In this document: positions 60,390-64,000 of the stretch, piece after piece
Layout: every line of letters starts with the position of its first letter
Position numbering within the stretch: position 1 is the stretch's first letter
Source of the DNA: Candidatus Moraniibacteriota bacterium
GTDB taxonomy: Bacteria; Patescibacteriota; Minisyncoccia; Moranbacterales; UBA1568
NCBI GenBank assembly: GCA_030648835.1
Contig: JAUSGT010000002.1
Location: 309,458-373,457, forward strand
Reading direction: 5' to 3'
Length of the DNA: 64,000 nt
Notes under the pieces: generated by a model
Told to the model about the DNA's origin: nothing
The model's database searches: none
Seen by the model: only the letters and a program-made list of their open reading frames with translations
Program-made: the position numbers and the translations under genes

Positions 60390-60673
60390 GGGGTTTTTTT
60401 TCAGAGAGTAAAAAAATAGTCAGGTACCATTTTGGTAGGAATTTTCTCAGCCCTGGTTCGTTTTTAGTGGCTTGATTTATTCTTCAAAAAGAGTAGGATA
60501 CAAGCACAACTGAATAGTGAATTATCTAGAGAGTGGCGAGAGCACTGGCTCACTGACCCACCGGCAACCCTTGGCAACAAGAAGGTGCCCCATCCAGCCC
60601 TGGAAAGGGAAAGATATCGGTCGATTCTTTCTCTGTCTCTGGACAGAGTTTTTGATTTTCTAACGATAATACT

Positions 60674-61099
60674 ATGAAAAATATCTACTATAAAGCAAAA
60701 GAAGAAGATGAGACTCCTCTCCATATGTCTGGATTTGTTCCGTTCCGTTTGGAACTTAAAAATTTCCCAAAATATGACAATTTTCCATACAATATTTTGT
60801 TCGCAGGAGATGCCAACATAGACGGAGTGGACATGTCCGGCAGTGCTCTGTATTTTCCCGATTTTTCAACGTTTCAGGAAAGTGAGAAAAAACAGTCTAT
60901 GACTTATTTTAACCAATATAGTCGCGAATGGACGGTGGTGATTGAGTATGACAAGCAAAGGGGTTCGTGGGAAGGATCAAAATATTACAAAGGTGAATTC
61001 AAAGGCGGTGGCGGTGGTACAGAGTGGAGAATGGCTTTTGCACATCTGACTATGGCTGGATTGGCGAATGGTGAAAGGGTGGAATTTGAAAAGATTTGA
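60674..61099 (+). CDS. Hypothetical protein
   Basis: 141-aa ORF; stop overlaps next start (atga). Confidence 0.35.
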   Translation: MKNIYYKAKEEDETPLHMSGFVPFRLELKNFPKYDNFPYNILFAGDANIDGVDMSGSALYFPDFSTFQESEKKQSMTYFNQYSREWTVVIEYDKQRGSWEGSKYYKGEFKGGGGGTEWRMAFAHLTMAGLANGERVEFEKI

Positions 61100-61542
61100 A
61101 AAGTTTTTTTAACGCTAAAATCATGAAAAATATGGACAACAATCAAAACAGGGAATCGCTTTCCCAGGTTAAGGTAAAAGAAGTAGCTTCGCGCTACATT
61201 AGCGGATGTGATAAGTGGTATAGAATGTATGCTGGCATTGCTTCGAATCTAGAAAGATATGAAAGCGGTATTATGTATCTGCGGATAGAAAATACCGAGA
61301 AAACAAAACCTTCAAGCTATGAAACGGCCGTTGAGTTCGCTCGCAAATGGGTGGGATACAATGCAGAATTAAAAGACGCGAAAGGGTTCGTTGTTTCGTT
61401 CTATACCAGCGGGGCGACTGGTTTTGTATTGAATGGTGCCACTGATAAAGGTATTGCTAGCGATTTGGTTCAGCAATTCATAAGGGCTTCGCAGCAAGAA
61501 AAAAAACTAGTGAATATTTTTTCTGGAGAGTTGAAAGTTTGA
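61096..61542 (+). CDS. Hypothetical protein
   Basis: 148-aa ORF translationally coupled to previous. Confidence 0.35.
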   Translation: MKSFFNAKIMKNMDNNQNRESLSQVKVKEVASRYISGCDKWYRMYAGIASNLERYESGIMYLRIENTEKTKPSSYETAVEFARKWVGYNAELKDAKGFVVSFYTSGATGFVLNGATDKGIASDLVQQFIRASQQEKKLVNIFSGELKV

Positions 61543-61589
61543 AAGAAAAGATGCAAAGCAGACAGTAATATCTTTTTTACCAAGTTCTA

Positions 61590-62930
61590 TTAGTCGAGCT
61601 CTGTTGAAAAAGTTGGTATCCCAACTCTCTTTCGACTTGTTTCACCTTTGAAGAGGTGATTTTTTCTTTCTGGTACTCTACCTCGTTCTCCTGAGTGCTG
61701 AGTAAATTGGTGTGCAAGAAAGGAAGCGCCAAAGTGAATAGTGTGTTTCCCATACTTGGCTCTTACTTCATCGATTTTTTCATAAAGTCTGCGAAAACCG
61801 TCAATTTTCAGTGAAGACCCAAACAAATCTGGCTGCAGATTCGGTTCTTGAAGTTCAATCAAGCCGATCATAGTTGCTCGATAGAGTACCCCTTTTTTAA
61901 ACAAATTATCAAACTCAGGTTTTAATAAATCAATCAGTTCATGAGCGAAGTTTGTCGGTCGAGAAAGCTTTACTTCAGTCGAATGGTGTTCGTAGTTCTG
62001 GGTGCGGAGGAGAATATATACTTTTTTGGCTTCCAGTTTATAGCCTCTCGCTTTCATGCAAGCGGATTCGATGTTCTTACAGAGCTGAGCAAAGACAAAA
62101 CGAGGATCATTGGATGGAGGAGTGAACGTCTTCATCTTCTGGATAGAATAGTGATCTGCGCGAGGCTCTATCTGTAGTGGCATGACGCTTTCTCCTCTGA
62201 GCTCTGACCAGATTTCTTGGATCGGTTTTGGAAAATATTTTTGTACCCACTCCTTATCTCTGCGGACGAAATCCAAACAGGTATGAACTCCGTATTTTTG
62301 AAGCAGTGAAGATGTTTGCGGTCCAATACCCCAGGGCTTACCAATAGGCAGATTTTCTAGATAAAGATGAATCTTTCTGTTGGGGATAGCTGTCAGGCCA
62401 TTGGGCTTATTCCATTTAGAACCAAGCTTAGCTAGTACCTTCGTAGAAGCAAGGCCGATAGAGAAGGTAAAACCAAGTTCTTTGGTCAGATCATCTTGGA
62501 GCTTCTCTGCAATCTTCGTATAGCTCATGTGAAACGGCCTCTGCCAGCCTGTTAGGTCGGCAAAGCACTCGTCTATCCCATATTCTTCTACGTCTGGCGT
62601 ATAACGCCTCACAATATCAAAGAAACGTTTGGAAAGAAGGGAATAAGTCTCATAGTCAGAAGGGAGAATAATAGCTTCAGGGCAGAGCTTTTTAATCTCA
62701 GAGAGTCTCATGGCTCTCGTTACTCCCTTGGCTTTAGCTTCGTAGCTCATGGAAGCGGCGATGCCTCGTTCTTTGCCGGTGATGACTGGCTTACCTCGCA
62801 GTTCTGGGTTTCTGGCTTGTTCACAAGAGGCAAAGAAAGCATCTCCGTCGATATGGAGGATGGCGCGGGGAAACTTACCAAGAGCAATAGGGGCAGACAT
62901 ACTAGTACTTTCTGATGATAGCTGTGACAA
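61590..62930 (-). CDS. Y-family DNA polymerase (DinB/UmuC-like)
   Basis: ILHIDGDAFFASCE and GIDECFADLTG catalytic motifs. Confidence 0.85.
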   Translation of the reverse strand: MSQLSSESTSMSAPIALGKFPRAILHIDGDAFFASCEQARNPELRGKPVITGKERGIAASMSYEAKAKGVTRAMRLSEIKKLCPEAIILPSDYETYSLLSKRFFDIVRRYTPDVEEYGIDECFADLTGWQRPFHMSYTKIAEKLQDDLTKELGFTFSIGLASTKVLAKLGSKWNKPNGLTAIPNRKIHLYLENLPIGKPWGIGPQTSSLLQKYGVHTCLDFVRRDKEWVQKYFPKPIQEIWSELRGESVMPLQIEPRADHYSIQKMKTFTPPSNDPRFVFAQLCKNIESACMKARGYKLEAKKVYILLRTQNYEHHSTEVKLSRPTNFAHELIDLLKPEFDNLFKKGVLYRATMIGLIELQEPNLQPDLFGSSLKIDGFRRLYEKIDEVRAKYGKHTIHFGASFLAHQFTQHSGERGRVPERKNHLFKGETSRKRVGIPTFSTELD

Positions 62931-63477
62931 TAGCCTCTATTCGCAATTCTTCTTTGGGATAGATAGTAGGAAACTTCGGATTGGCTGGCACCAAGACAAT
63001 TTTTTTACCGGGAAGAATATGGTAATATTTCATCGTCCATTTTCCATCGACACAGGCAATGACAATGTCACCATGTTTTGGTTGTTTTCCTCGTTCTACA
63101 AGAGCAGTGTCTCCGGGACGAATACCAGCATTGATCATTGATTGGCCCTTCACTTCGAGCATATAGGTGGCTTCCCGTCTTTGGATAAGCCATTCATCAA
63201 GAGTCATGGTATCTAGGAGCTCTTCTTCAGCCGGGGAAGGAAAACCAGCTTCAACAAAACCAAGCTTCTTTACGCTGGTGAAAAGGTTAGTAGGAGTTAA
63301 CTTTCCTTTTTTGTCTCGTCTCAAAACACCTTCATCCACGAGAGCGTCTACGAGCTCTTTTGTTTTCCTCATGGATTTTGTACGAATTATTCTATCTCTA
63401 ATTTCTCGTACTGATGGCATACGCTTGTTATCCTCGTAAAATGCCTGAATTTTTTGATAGAGTATAATAGAATCCAT
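62902..63477 (-). CDS. LexA-like repressor paralog (HTH + S24 peptidase), co-operonic with Y-family polymerase
   Basis: MPSVREIRDRI HTH similar to chromosomal lexA; GQSM Ser and MKYY Lys; overlaps polymerase gene start. Confidence 0.75.
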   Translation of the reverse strand: MDSIILYQKIQAFYEDNKRMPSVREIRDRIIRTKSMRKTKELVDALVDEGVLRRDKKGKLTPTNLFTSVKKLGFVEAGFPSPAEEELLDTMTLDEWLIQRREATYMLEVKGQSMINAGIRPGDTALVERGKQPKHGDIVIACVDGKWTMKYYHILPGKKIVLVPANPKFPTIYPKEELRIEAIVTAIIRKY

Positions 63478-63516
63478 AGGTATAAAGGGGCGTTAATAGT
63501 ACGATATACACTATAT

Positions 63517-63532
63517 GGGAACAAACGTTCCC
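63517..63532. promoter_or_regulatory. Cheo-type SOS box GGGAACAAACGTTCCC upstream of the lexA-like/polymerase operon
   Basis: Perfect GAAC-N4-GTTC palindrome 40 bp upstream of the lexA-like start. Confidence 0.6.
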
Positions 63533-63603
63533 AAGTCAAGTAAAATAACCATATGTGCGGACGTTATCTAAAAAGAGTATGCTTTGTGTAATATAAGAAA
63601 TCT

Positions 63604-64000
63604 ATGATTGCCACGATTGATATAAAAAGCAGACCATTGAAACTTGCCTTTTTGGTAGACCCTAAAAAGCAAAGAGAAATTTTAACTGCTATAGAACTTA
63701 GTTGTTCTTTATGGGGTGGTGCTTTTAACCCTATAATTCCTTTCTATACAAGTGTTCCAGAAAATTGGGATAAAATGCCTTACTCTAAAAAAAGAAAAGA
63801 AAAGCCTAGCAATATAGTTAATGGGTATATTAAAACTTTTGATCCGGACGTATTGGTGATTTGTAGCGATAGAGCTCTTCCTAAAGAAGTAGATACTTTT
63901 GGGCTTCGTGTGATCAAATCCGATGAATTATGGAAAAGTTTTTTGAGTAACGGAGAAGGTCAGCCTGATTATGGAATAGGGATTTTTGAAATCCTAAATG
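63604..64000 (+). CDS. Hypothetical protein, 5' part only (runs off window)
   Basis: Open frame from ATG at 63604 to window end in AT-rich DNA. Confidence 0.3.
   Translation, partial: MIATIDIKSRPLKLAFLVDPKKQREILTAIELSCSLWGGAFNPIIPFYTSVPENWDKMPYSKKRKEKPSNIVNGYIKTFDPDVLVICSDRALPKEVDTFGLRVIKSDELWKSFLSNGEGQPDYGIGIFEILN

Larger units (their letters stand above)
43076..64000. mobile_element. Integrated island (degraded prophage/satellite-like) downstream of tRNA-Ser(GCU): serine recombinase, terminase subunits, ParB-MTase, AT-rich defence block, SOS polymerase cassette; right end not in window
   Basis: Gene content, tRNA-adjacent position, compositional shift (50.7-61.5 kb about 35% GC). Confidence 0.6.

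Noticed and set aside
1-64000. CRISPR arrays
   Set aside because: No regularly spaced short direct repeats with unique spacers were seen anywhere in the window.

Overview
The window is about 48% GC overall and looks like a small-genome bacterium, possibly CPR/Patescibacteria-like; I cannot confirm this from sequence alone. The left two thirds (1-43 kb) is mostly core chromosome. It carries a purine-biosynthesis cluster (guaA tail, purN, a PurS-like/PurL fusion, purQ, purM), lexA, valS, tsaD, an ECF sigma factor, recG, murI and tag. It also carries two M23 peptidases, a GH1 beta-glucosidase next to a processive GT2 glycosyltransferase, an ABC exporter pair, an RRM protein and ten tRNA genes. 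This part is peppered with small repeats. Several tRNA genes carry 125-180 bp insertions at their 3' ends, bounded by 17-20 bp duplications of that end. There are two copies of a 150-bp MITE with 19-bp terminal inverted repeats, and two copies of an 80-100 bp element with 25-bp inverted termini. From tRNA-Ser(GCU) at 42985-43075 to the window end lies a roughly 20-kb horizontally acquired island. It carries a large serine recombinase, terminase small and large subunits, a ParB-domain DNA methyltransferase, and a strikingly AT-rich (about 35% GC) defence block. That block encodes an excisionase-family HTH, a 980-aa SNF2 ATPase, a beta-class N6-adenine Mod methyltransferase and a 941-aa Res-like DEAH helicase with a C-terminal PD-ExK nuclease motif. 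It is followed by five small ORFs, two of which are paralogs with a HEPN-like R-N-x-I-H motif. The island continues with a lexA-like/Y-family polymerase operon preceded by a Cheo-type SOS box. The SNF2 + Mod + Res + HTH arrangement is neither a plain type III R-M system nor canonical DISARM, and is the best candidate for an undescribed defence configuration.
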